Shown here: positions 24,179-32,162 of the stretch, piece by piece
Layout of the letters: each line of letters begins with the position of its first letter
Position numbering within the stretch: position 1 is the first letter of the stretch
Origin: Thiobacillus sp.
Lineage (GTDB): Bacteria > Pseudomonadota > Gammaproteobacteria > Burkholderiales > Thiobacillaceae
Assembly: GCA_020057245.1 (NCBI GenBank)
Contig: JAGVGD010000175.1
Span: forward strand, 10,353 to 74,352
Reading direction: 5' to 3'
DNA: 64,000 bases
Made by a program: the position numbers and the translations under genes
Notes under the pieces: model-generated
Database searches by the model: none
Told to the model about the DNA's origin: nothing
Seen by the model: the letters and a program-made list of their open reading frames with translations, nothing else

Positions 24179-24308
24179 ACCTGAACGAAGAGTAGACCCG
24201 ACCCAATGACGCTGTCAACCGCGCAACAAACACCCATGCCTGCCATAGGGATAAAGCGGCCTGCGGCATGCCTCAAGGGGTAAACTTCCGCCACAGCAGG
24301 AGACCGAC

Positions 24309-24725
24309 ATGACTTTCGATAAAACAAAAACCGACGCCGAATGGCAAGCCGAACTGAGCCCCGAGCAATACCGCATTCTGCGTGAGCATGGCACCGAACG
24401 CGCCTTTACCGGCCAATACTGGAACAACCACGCAGCCGGAAAATACCGCTGTGCCGCCTGCGGCGAGCCCCTCTTCGCCTCCGGCACAAAATTCGACTCC
24501 GGCACCGGCTGGCCGAGTTTCTACCAGGCGATCAACGCCGACGCGGTGGCAGAAAAAACCGACGCCAGCCACGGTATGACGCGCACCGAAGCCTTGTGCC
24601 GCCGCTGCGGTTCGCATCTCGGGCATGTTTTCCCGGACGGCCCCGCACCCACCGGCATGCGCTATTGCATCAATTCGGCCTCGCTGAATTTTGAAGCCGA
24701 ACACCCGACGCCTAAACAGGACTGA
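24309..24725 (+). CDS. msrB: Peptide methionine-R-sulfoxide reductase MsrB
   Basis: GTERAFTG, two CxxC zinc motifs, [21 protein letters not shown]. Confidence 0.96.
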   Translation: MTFDKTKTDAEWQAELSPEQYRILREHGTERAFTGQYWNNHAAGKYRCAACGEPLFASGTKFDSGTGWPSFYQAINADAVAEKTDASHGMTRTEALCRRCGSHLGHVFPDGPAPTGMRYCINSASLNFEAEHPTPKQD

Positions 24726-24728
24726 ACC

Positions 24729-25433
24729 TTGCATATTTTTGACGCCCGCATCACGGCGATCTCCCCCGCCACGCCCAGCATTCATGCGCTGCAGCTGGCC
24801 ATTCCCGACGCCGGCTTCCGTTTTCTGCCGGGGCAATGGGTGGATCTGAGCATCACGGTTGACGGCATCGCGCATACGGCAGGCTATTCCATCACCACCT
24901 CGCCCCTCCATCAGGGCAGCATCGAACTCGCAATCAAGGCCAGCACACGCCACCCCGTGGCGCGCTGGGTGCACGAGAAGGCGCGCGTCGGCGACCCGGT
25001 CAAAGTTTCACAGGCGCAGGGGCCCTTCGTTTACCTGCCAGAAATGAGCGACAACGTGGTGCTGATCGGCGGCGGCGTCGGAATCACCCCGCTGCTCTCG
25101 ATCTTTCGCCACGTGCGCGATGCCAGGCTGTCCACCCGAGCGCATCTGGTCTACAGCGTGTCAGACAGCCGCGAGATCCTGTTTCGCGACGAACTCGAGC
25201 AGGCCGCCCACACACACGACAACCTGCATCTGAGCATCACCGTCACCCAGCCCGACCCGCACTGGCATGGCCTCACCGGCCGCATCGACCCGGTCAAGCT
25301 GCATGCGCTCGACGTGCCGGACGACACGCTGTATTACCTGTGCGGCCCCAAGGGCATGGTCGAAGACATGAGCACGCTGCTGCATGGCCTGGGCGTGCCG
25401 ATGAGCCGAATCATTTTTGAAAAGTGGTGGTAG
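24729..25433 (+). CDS. FNR-superfamily FAD/NAD(P)H oxidoreductase, OXNAD1-like
   Basis: PGQWVD, GYSITTSP, GGGVGITPLLS, YLCGP, C-terminal FEKWW; TTG start 3 nt after msrB stop. Confidence 0.85.
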   Translation: MHIFDARITAISPATPSIHALQLAIPDAGFRFLPGQWVDLSITVDGIAHTAGYSITTSPLHQGSIELAIKASTRHPVARWVHEKARVGDPVKVSQAQGPFVYLPEMSDNVVLIGGGVGITPLLSIFRHVRDARLSTRAHLVYSVSDSREILFRDELEQAAHTHDNLHLSITVTQPDPHWHGLTGRIDPVKLHALDVPDDTLYYLCGPKGMVEDMSTLLHGLGVPMSRIIFEKWW

Positions 25434-25519
25434 CGATTTGACCGGGTCAGCCTTTCGTACCATCGCCCGATCGCCCCCTCCGCACTAATCTAGCAACATC
25501 ACACAACCTGGAGTTCGCC

Positions 25520-26455
25520 ATGCGCCTGACTGCCTTCCTCTTCGCCGCCAGCCTCGCCCTCAGCGCCCACGCCGGCCCCACCGACAGCGTCAAACCCCAC
25601 CCGGCCAAACAGATCGCGCCCGACACCTGGGTCATTACCGGGCCGCTGGGCGAACCTTCGGTCGAGAATCAGAGTTTCATGAACAATCCGGCGTGGATCA
25701 TCGCCGGCGATCAGGTCATCGTCATCGACCCTGGCTCCAGCGTGCAGGTCGGGCGCATGGTGGTGAAAGCCATCAAGAAAACCACCCAGTTGCCCGTCAC
25801 CGCCGTCTACAACACCCACGTCCACGGCGACCACTGGCTGGGCAACCAGGCCATCCTCGAAGCTTGGCCCAAAGCCGTGCTGATCGCCCATCCCGACATG
25901 ATCGCCAAGGCACACGCCGGCGAAGCGGCCAACTGGGTCAATCTAATGAGCAACCTGACCAAGGGTTATACCGACGGCACCCAGGCTGTGATTCCTACCG
26001 TCGCCACCACCGACGGCATGGTCAAGAAACACGGCAACCGCACTTTCAGGATCTACTCATCCAACGACGCCCACAGCAAGACCGATATCATGATCGAGGT
26101 CGACAACGGCGTGCTGTTCACTGGCGACAACGTGCTCAACCAGCGCGTTGCGCGCATGGACGACGGCACCTTCAGCGGCAATATCAAGGTGATTGAGCGG
26201 GTGTTGGATTTGCCCGTCAAGGTGGTGGTCCCGGGGCACGGCAATCCCGGCAAGCCCGCCATGATGAAAGCCCAGCGCGATTACTTTCAGGCGCTGCTCG
26301 ACGCGGTCAAGGCTGAATATGACGCAGGCAAGAGCGACTTCGAAATGAAACCGGATGTGGTCAGGAAACTGGCCGTTTACCAGAAATGGAACGGCTTCGA
26401 TGATGCAGTCGGCAAGCAGATCAGCCTGGCGGTGCTGGAGATCGAACAACAGTGA
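25520..26455 (+). CDS. Periplasmic MBL-fold metallo-hydrolase (SoxH-like)
   Basis: Signal peptide (AHA), IDPGSS, THVHGDHWLGN, AHS, FTGD, VPGHG. Confidence 0.85.
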   Translation: MRLTAFLFAASLALSAHAGPTDSVKPHPAKQIAPDTWVITGPLGEPSVENQSFMNNPAWIIAGDQVIVIDPGSSVQVGRMVVKAIKKTTQLPVTAVYNTHVHGDHWLGNQAILEAWPKAVLIAHPDMIAKAHAGEAANWVNLMSNLTKGYTDGTQAVIPTVATTDGMVKKHGNRTFRIYSSNDAHSKTDIMIEVDNGVLFTGDNVLNQRVARMDDGTFSGNIKVIERVLDLPVKVVVPGHGNPGKPAMMKAQRDYFQALLDAVKAEYDAGKSDFEMKPDVVRKLAVYQKWNGFDDAVGKQISLAVLEIEQQ

Positions 26456-26461
26456 AGCAAA

Positions 26462-26806
26462 TCAGTCGGGCAATCGGGTGACGCTGGCCGTTTGCCCCGG
26501 CTGCCACTCCCCATCCAGGTTCACCCATTCGACGCGGTTCCCCAGCATGCGCACCACACCGGGACGGCGGTTGTTGCCGGTATTCGAAAACTCGAAACGG
26601 TAGTCGCGCAGGAATTGCAGCTGGCCGAGGCTGTTGCGGGCAAAACGGGTGCGGCTCAGGGCCACGCTGTCATCGAGAAACTGCAGCTTGCCGTCGCTGC
26701 AGGCGCGGCGCCCTTCGGCAACAGCCTGTTCGCGCACGTTCATCCCGTCATACCAGTACCAGGCCACTGCGCCTGAGCCAACCAGCAGGATGATTTCCCA
26801 GCTCAT
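26462..26806 (-). CDS. DUF3301 family protein
   Basis: N-terminal TM, REQA, LQFLDDSVAL, YRFEFS.TG..RR.G. Confidence 0.8.
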   Translation of the reverse strand: MSWEIILLVGSGAVAWYWYDGMNVREQAVAEGRRACSDGKLQFLDDSVALSRTRFARNSLGQLQFLRDYRFEFSNTGNNRRPGVVRMLGNRVEWVNLDGEWQPGQTASVTRLPD

Positions 26807-28215
26807 TGCCCGGCAGATTCGGGTTTGACCGGGCTGCGGAACAAGGCCGCCACCTGTTTCTTGGGCGGCTGACGGTTTGCCACCGGCGCGACGGTTGCCG
26901 CCGCACTCGGAACATAGGGCGCATCGAACAAGCTATCGCGCGATGCGGCGGGTTTGCTGCGCGGCGCACTGCGTTGCTCGGGGGCGCGCTCGACCGGGCG
27001 TTCGACAACGGGCTCCGCCGCATGCTCGGGACGTGGCGAACGCGGTTGCTGATAGACGGGCACATCGGCCGCTCCCGGCTCGAAACCGGGGACGATGGTG
27101 GTTGCCAGCGGCGAGCCGATCAGTTTTTCGATGTCCCGCAGATAGCGCGTTTCCGATTCGCTCACCAGCGAGATCGCCTCACCCATGGCACCCGCGCGGC
27201 CGGTACGGCCGATGCGGTGCACATAATCCTCGGCGCTGTGCGGCAGATCGTAATTCACCACGTAGGGCAAGGCTTCGATGTCGATTCCGCGCGCGGCGAC
27301 GTCGGTGGCGACCAGCACCCGCAGCGTGCCGGCCTTGAACGCGTCGAGCGCCTTGATGCGTTCCTGCTGGGTCTTGTCGCCATGGATGGCGTCCGCATGC
27401 AGGCCAAGCTTGTTGAGTTCGTTGGCAAGCCGGTTGCAGCCCAGTTTGGTGCCGGTGAACACCAGCACCTGCTTGAGGTCGCGCGTCTTGATCAGGTGCG
27501 TCAGCAGTTGCCGCTTGCGCTCGTGGTGCACCGGGTGCACCACCTGGGTCACCGTCACTGCGGTGGCGTTGCGCGCCACTTCGATGAAGGTCGGGTTGTT
27601 GAGGATGCTGTCGGCAAGCTTGCGGATTTCTTCCGGAAACGTGGCCGAGAACATCATGTTCACGCGCTGCACCGGCAACAGCGCAACGATGCGCTTGAGA
27701 TCGGGCATGAAGCCCATGTCGAGCATGCGATCGGCCTCGTCGAGCACCAGCGTGTTCACCTGGTTCAGCATCAGGGTCTTGTTTTGCACGTGGTCGAGCA
27801 GGCGACCGGGCGTCGCCACCAGAATCTCGATGCCGGTTTTCAGGATCGGAATCTGCGTATTGATATTGACCCCGCCGTAAACCACCAGCGAGCGCAGCGG
27901 GATGTGCTTGCAATACGCCTTGACGCTCTCCTCGACCTGAATTGCAAGCTCGCGCGTGGGGGTCAGGATCAGGGCGCGAATCGGGTGCTTGGCCGGCGAG
28001 GTGCCGTTGTTGGCAAACGGCAGCAGGCGCTGCAGCAACGGTAGCGCGAAAGCCGCCGTCTTGCCGGTACCGGTTTGCGCTGCGCCAAGAATGTCGCCTC
28101 CCTGCAGCGCAAGTGGAATCACCTGCTCCTGAATCGGCGTTGGCGTGGCGTAGCCCATGTCGTCGAGGGCACGCAGGATGTCGGGCGCAAGTCCCAGTTC
28201 AGCAAAAGTGGTCAA
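26803..28215 (-). CDS. rhlE: DEAD-box RNA helicase (RhlE-like), TTG start probable
   Basis: AQTGTGKT, PTRELA, TPGRL, DEAD, SAT, ARGID, HRIGRTGR. Confidence 0.9.
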   Translation of the reverse strand: MTTFAELGLAPDILRALDDMGYATPTPIQEQVIPLALQGGDILGAAQTGTGKTAAFALPLLQRLLPFANNGTSPAKHPIRALILTPTRELAIQVEESVKAYCKHIPLRSLVVYGGVNINTQIPILKTGIEILVATPGRLLDHVQNKTLMLNQVNTLVLDEADRMLDMGFMPDLKRIVALLPVQRVNMMFSATFPEEIRKLADSILNNPTFIEVARNATAVTVTQVVHPVHHERKRQLLTHLIKTRDLKQVLVFTGTKLGCNRLANELNKLGLHADAIHGDKTQQERIKALDAFKAGTLRVLVATDVAARGIDIEALPYVVNYDLPHSAEDYVHRIGRTGRAGAMGEAISLVSESETRYLRDIEKLIGSPLATTIVPGFEPGAADVPVYQQPRSPRPEHAAEPVVERPVERAPEQRSAPRSKPAASRDSLFDAPYVPSAAATVAPVANRQPPKKQVAALFRSPVKPESAGQ

Positions 28216-28255
28216 AGTCCATCCAGTAAAATTCCAGCAGGGAACAAGCCCGGCC

Positions 28256-29017
28256 TTAAATACAGATCCAGTCAAAGCCCGCCGTCTGGCAGGCGACCCG
28301 AACTTCCTCGTCCGCGCAGTTCAACACTTCGGCCAGTGCACGCTGCGCCAGCGCATCGGTGTTGTTGGTGCGCGAAACATGCGCGGCCATCACGCATTGC
28401 AACTTGTCGTGGCGCAGTGTGCGCAGCAAGGCGGCCGACTGCGCGTTTTCCAGATGGCCGAAGCGCCCGCCCACCCGCCGCTTGAGCCCTGCGGGATACG
28501 GCCCCTGGTCCAGCATGGCCGCGTCGTGGTTGCATTCCAGCACCAGCGCGTCGACGCCGCTCAAGGTCGCCTCGATATGCGGCGTACTGCATCCCACATC
28601 GGTCAGCACACCAAGCCTGCGCTGACCGTCGCCAAAGACGAACTGCACCGGCTCGCGCGCATCGTGCGGCACCGGATAAGGCTGGATTTCCAGGTCGTCG
28701 ACAGCAAAGGCCGCATGACTGTCGATGACCTGCACGGCCACGCCGTCGAGGTCCTGCGCCATGGCCAGCGTGCCCGCGGTCAGCCACACGGGTAACTTGT
28801 GCTTGCGCGCCAGCCGCCCGACGCCGCCGATATGGTCGCCATGCTCGTGCGTCACCACGATACCCGCCAGATCCGACACTTCCAGCTTCAGCCGCGCCAG
28901 CCGTGCAATGCTGTCGGCAAGCCCGAAACCACAATCCATCAACACCCGGGTGGCGCCGGCCTCGACCACCAGGCCATTGCCATCGCTGCCGCTACCGAGA
29001 CTGGCAAACCGCATCAC
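28256..29017 (-). CDS. MBL-fold metallo-hydrolase (YycJ/PhnP-like)
   Basis: FASLGSGSDGN, THEHGDH, VPHDAREP, ECNHD, GHLEN; follows bamC. Confidence 0.88.
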   Translation of the reverse strand: MMRFASLGSGSDGNGLVVEAGATRVLMDCGFGLADSIARLARLKLEVSDLAGIVVTHEHGDHIGGVGRLARKHKLPVWLTAGTLAMAQDLDGVAVQVIDSHAAFAVDDLEIQPYPVPHDAREPVQFVFGDGQRRLGVLTDVGCSTPHIEATLSGVDALVLECNHDAAMLDQGPYPAGLKRRVGGRFGHLENAQSAALLRTLRHDKLQCVMAAHVSRTNNTDALAQRALAEVLNCADEEVRVACQTAGFDWICI

Positions 29018-29030
29018 GCCGGCTTTCGCG

Positions 29031-30143
29031 TCACTTCAGATCCATATACAGCAGTTTGATGATGCGGTTCCGCGTCTCCGCCTCGAGCGTCTTGCCCTCG
29101 GCTGGCGCTACGCTCACGCGGCTCTTGTCGCCCGTCTCGCTGACCACGATCTGCAATTGCGGCGAGGTCTGTTTTTTCTTGCTGTTCCAGAAGGCCAGGC
29201 TGCTCAGAAAGCCTTCATCCTTCTTGCTGGCGTTGTCGATTTCCGGGTCGATGTAGCGCACGAAATAGACGCCTTTGGAACGGTCGCGGTCTTCCACGGC
29301 AAAGCCGACCCGATCCAGCGACAAGCCAACCCGACGCCAGGCGCGATCGAAGCTTTCGTCCATTTCCAGCACCGATCCGCTCGCTTGCGTGACGATGCGC
29401 GCCTGCTCGGGCGTCTGCTGCTTGGTCAGCAAGGCTTCGGCCTGTTGCTCTGCAACGCCGAAGCGCGTCATCAGGCGGCGCAGCATTTCAGCTTCGAGGT
29501 CGGGATCGGTCGGGCGCGGCTGCCACTTGGTCTGATCCTTGAACTCTGTGGTGTAAATTTCCATCATGCCGCGATGGCTGACGTAGATCTCGGTGTTGGG
29601 CAGTCCCGCCCCGCCCGCACCGGCTTCGATGCGGGTGCGGAACTTGTCGCGCTCGGGCGTGGAATACATGCCGTCCATCACCTTGCCCAACAAATTCCTG
29701 ATCCCGTCCTGCGGAATCTTGGCGCGGTTTTCCGCCCAGTCGGTTTCCATCACGCCGGTTTCGGGCGATTCCAGATTGATGATGAAGCCGTTTTCCTGCC
29801 AGAAATCCTTGACCACCGGCCACACCTGCTCCGGAGTGGCCTGCACCACCAGCCAGCGCTGCGAACCCGATTTTTCGATCCGCACCTTGTCCTGCGTCGG
29901 CAGCAGCGCGCCCGCAGTGGCCGCCGGCGCGGTCTTGCGGTCCTTGCTGTAGGTCGACAGCGTCGCAGTCCCGCCCTGTGCATCGGGAATGGCGTAGCGG
30001 TTGTCGCCTGTCGGCGCCGTCAGGTCGGGCGGCAGTTCCAGGGTAGGCAGCTTTTCGGCTGATTTGTAATCGATTTTTTTCGATTCCATGCTGCAGCCCG
30101 AAACGATCAGGCTGGCAGACAAAAACACGGGCAGTAAACGCAT
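29031..30143 (-). CDS. bamC: Outer membrane assembly lipoprotein BamC (start at MRLLPV)
   Basis: Lipobox VSGC, LELPPDL, GVMETDWAENR, FDRAWRRVGLSLDR; dapA-bamC order. Confidence 0.92.
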   Translation of the reverse strand: MRLLPVFLSASLIVSGCSMESKKIDYKSAEKLPTLELPPDLTAPTGDNRYAIPDAQGGTATLSTYSKDRKTAPAATAGALLPTQDKVRIEKSGSQRWLVVQATPEQVWPVVKDFWQENGFIINLESPETGVMETDWAENRAKIPQDGIRNLLGKVMDGMYSTPERDKFRTRIEAGAGGAGLPNTEIYVSHRGMMEIYTTEFKDQTKWQPRPTDPDLEAEMLRRLMTRFGVAEQQAEALLTKQQTPEQARIVTQASGSVLEMDESFDRAWRRVGLSLDRVGFAVEDRDRSKGVYFVRYIDPEIDNASKKDEGFLSSLAFWNSKKKQTSPQLQIVVSETGDKSRVSVAPAEGKTLEAETRNRIIKLLYMDLK

Positions 30144-30163
30144 AAGAGTCCTAAAGCAAATTC

Positions 30164-31039
30164 TCAGAGCAGCCCTGCATGACGCATCGCGCTGCGCAGG
30201 GTCTCGTGTAATCCGGCTGACAAGGGGGTAAGCGGCAAGCGCAAACCGGCGGGTATCAATCCCAGTTCCGCACAGGCCCACTTGACCGGGATCGGATTGG
30301 CCTCGACAAACAGCTTGTTATGCAAGGGCAGCAACGCGTTATTGAGCTCACGCGCACGCACCAGGTTCCCGTCAAAAGCGGCGACGCACATTTCATGCAT
30401 CAGCTTCGGCGCAACGTTGGCCGTCACCGAAATCACGCCATGCCCGCCCAGCAGCATGAAGGGCATCGCCGAGGCATCGTCGCCGCTGTAGAGCGCAAAG
30501 TCCTTCGGCGCCTGTCGCAGGAAATCGCCGGCGCGTTCCATGCTGCCGGTGGCATCTTTCAAACCGATGATGCCGGGCACGCTGGCCAGACGCAACGCCG
30601 TTTCGTTGGACAGGTCTGCGACAGTGCGTCCGGGAACGTTGTAAAGAATCAGCGGCAAATCAACCGCTTCGGCGATCTTTTTGTAATGCTGGTAAAGGCC
30701 TTCCTGCGTCGGTTTGTTGTAGTACGGCACCACTGACAAGCCGGCCTGGGCGCCGGCATGCTTGGCGCACTCGGTCAGTTCGACCGCTTCGGCCGTGGAA
30801 TTCGCACCGGTGCCCGCGATCACCGGCACCCGGCCGGCCGCCTGCTCCACCGCAGCGCGAATCAGCTGGCAATGCTCGTCGAACGTGACAGTCGGCGATT
30901 CGCCGGTGGTGCCGACGATCACAATGCCGTCCGTGCCTTCCGCAATGTGCCAGTCCACCAGGCGGCGCAACGCATCGAGATCGAGCGTACCGTCGTCCGT
31001 CATGGGGGTGACCATCGCAACCAGACTGCCTCTGATCAT
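30164..31039 (-). CDS. dapA: 4-hydroxy-tetrahydrodipicolinate synthase (alternative starts 31054, 31096)
   Basis: [33 protein letters not shown]. Confidence 0.97.
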   Translation of the reverse strand: MIRGSLVAMVTPMTDDGTLDLDALRRLVDWHIAEGTDGIVIVGTTGESPTVTFDEHCQLIRAAVEQAAGRVPVIAGTGANSTAEAVELTECAKHAGAQAGLSVVPYYNKPTQEGLYQHYKKIAEAVDLPLILYNVPGRTVADLSNETALRLASVPGIIGLKDATGSMERAGDFLRQAPKDFALYSGDDASAMPFMLLGGHGVISVTANVAPKLMHEMCVAAFDGNLVRARELNNALLPLHNKLFVEANPIPVKWACAELGLIPAGLRLPLTPLSAGLHETLRSAMRHAGLL

Positions 31040-31055
31040 ATTTATTTCCGCCATC

Positions 31056-31088
31056 CTGTTTTCACCGCTGTTTTCACCGCTGTTTTCA
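31056..31088. repeat. 12-bp tandem repeat (CTGTTTTCACCG x2.75) at the dapA 5' end
   Basis: ctgttttcaccg-ctgttttcaccg-ctgttttca read directly. Confidence 0.9.
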
Positions 31089-31323
31089 GTATCCACGCCG
31101 TTACATCCCGGCGGAGTAAAACCAAGCTCGGCATTCTAATCCATCTCAACGGGTGAGCCTATCCGGACCACAGGCACCGAACTGCACTCAAGGCAGGCTG
31201 CCGATGGCAACGCTCGAGCGGGAAAGCCCATCGCAATGTTTGTGTGCAACGAGGTGTTCTACAATTAGCAGCCGCGACATGAAGCGGTGCACCGCCAATC
31301 AACTCTTTTCCGCTCCGCCAAAC

Positions 31324-31992
31324 ATGAACCTTGTCCTCTTCGACCTCGACAACACGCTGCTGGCCGGTGATTCCGATTACGAGTGGGGGCAATTTCTCAT
31401 TGCCAAAGGCGTAGTCGATGGCGTGCATTACGAATCCAAAAACAAGGCCTTTTACGAAGATTACAAGGCCGGAAAACTGGATATTTATGCCTTTCTCGCG
31501 TTTGCCTTGCGCCCGCTTGCCACCCACACCCGCGCGCAACTCGAAGCCTGGCGTGCCGAATACGTGGAAACGCGGGTCAAGCCGATGATGACCCAAGCCG
31601 CACGAGATCTGGTGAAGCGCCACCTCGACAAAGCCGATCTGGTCGCCGTCATTACCGCCACCAACAGCTTCGTCACCGCGCCCATCGCACGGGAATTCGG
31701 CATCCCGCACCTGATCGCCACCGATCCTGAGGAAATCAACGGCCACTTTACCGGCGAAGTTGCCGGCACCCCGTGCTTTCGGGAAGGCAAGGTCACCCGC
31801 CTCGAACATTTCCTCGAAGCTCATGGCACCCGGCTGGATTGTCTCAGCAGCAGCTGGTTTTATAGCGACTCGCTCAACGACCTGCCGCTGCTGGAAAAAA
31901 TCCAGCATCCGGTCGCCGTCGACCCCGACCCGACGTTGCGCGCCCACGCGCTGGAAAGAGGCTGGCCGGTGATTTCACTGCGAGGAGCGTAA
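31324..31992 (+). CDS. HAD-IB family phosphatase (SerB-like, possible histidinol-phosphatase)
   Basis: LFDLDNTLLAGDSD, ITATN, EGKV, YSDSLNDLPLL. Confidence 0.9.
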   Translation: MNLVLFDLDNTLLAGDSDYEWGQFLIAKGVVDGVHYESKNKAFYEDYKAGKLDIYAFLAFALRPLATHTRAQLEAWRAEYVETRVKPMMTQAARDLVKRHLDKADLVAVITATNSFVTAPIAREFGIPHLIATDPEEINGHFTGEVAGTPCFREGKVTRLEHFLEAHGTRLDCLSSSWFYSDSLNDLPLLEKIQHPVAVDPDPTLRAHALERGWPVISLRGA

Positions 31993-32162
31993 CCCTGCGC
32001 AGCCGTTCCGGCGCCGGCCCAGCGAGCGTTTTTCCCCTCCATTTCTGAATAGTTAATTCATACCATATTTAATTAAAAGCGGAATAAACCGCGTTTATCG
32101 CTCGTCCTTACAAATACGAATCCCGTCCGGGGGTTCGATAACCGTAACGGAGGGGATGCATA

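Noticed and set aside
31056-31088. Repeat as a mini CRISPR array
   Set aside because: Contiguous 12-bp units with no spacers and no cas genes
31097-31323. Possible lysine riboswitch or sRNA between dapA and the HAD gene
   Set aside because: No L-box consensus elements; the dapA -10 candidate lies too close to the gene; region explained by divergent promoters
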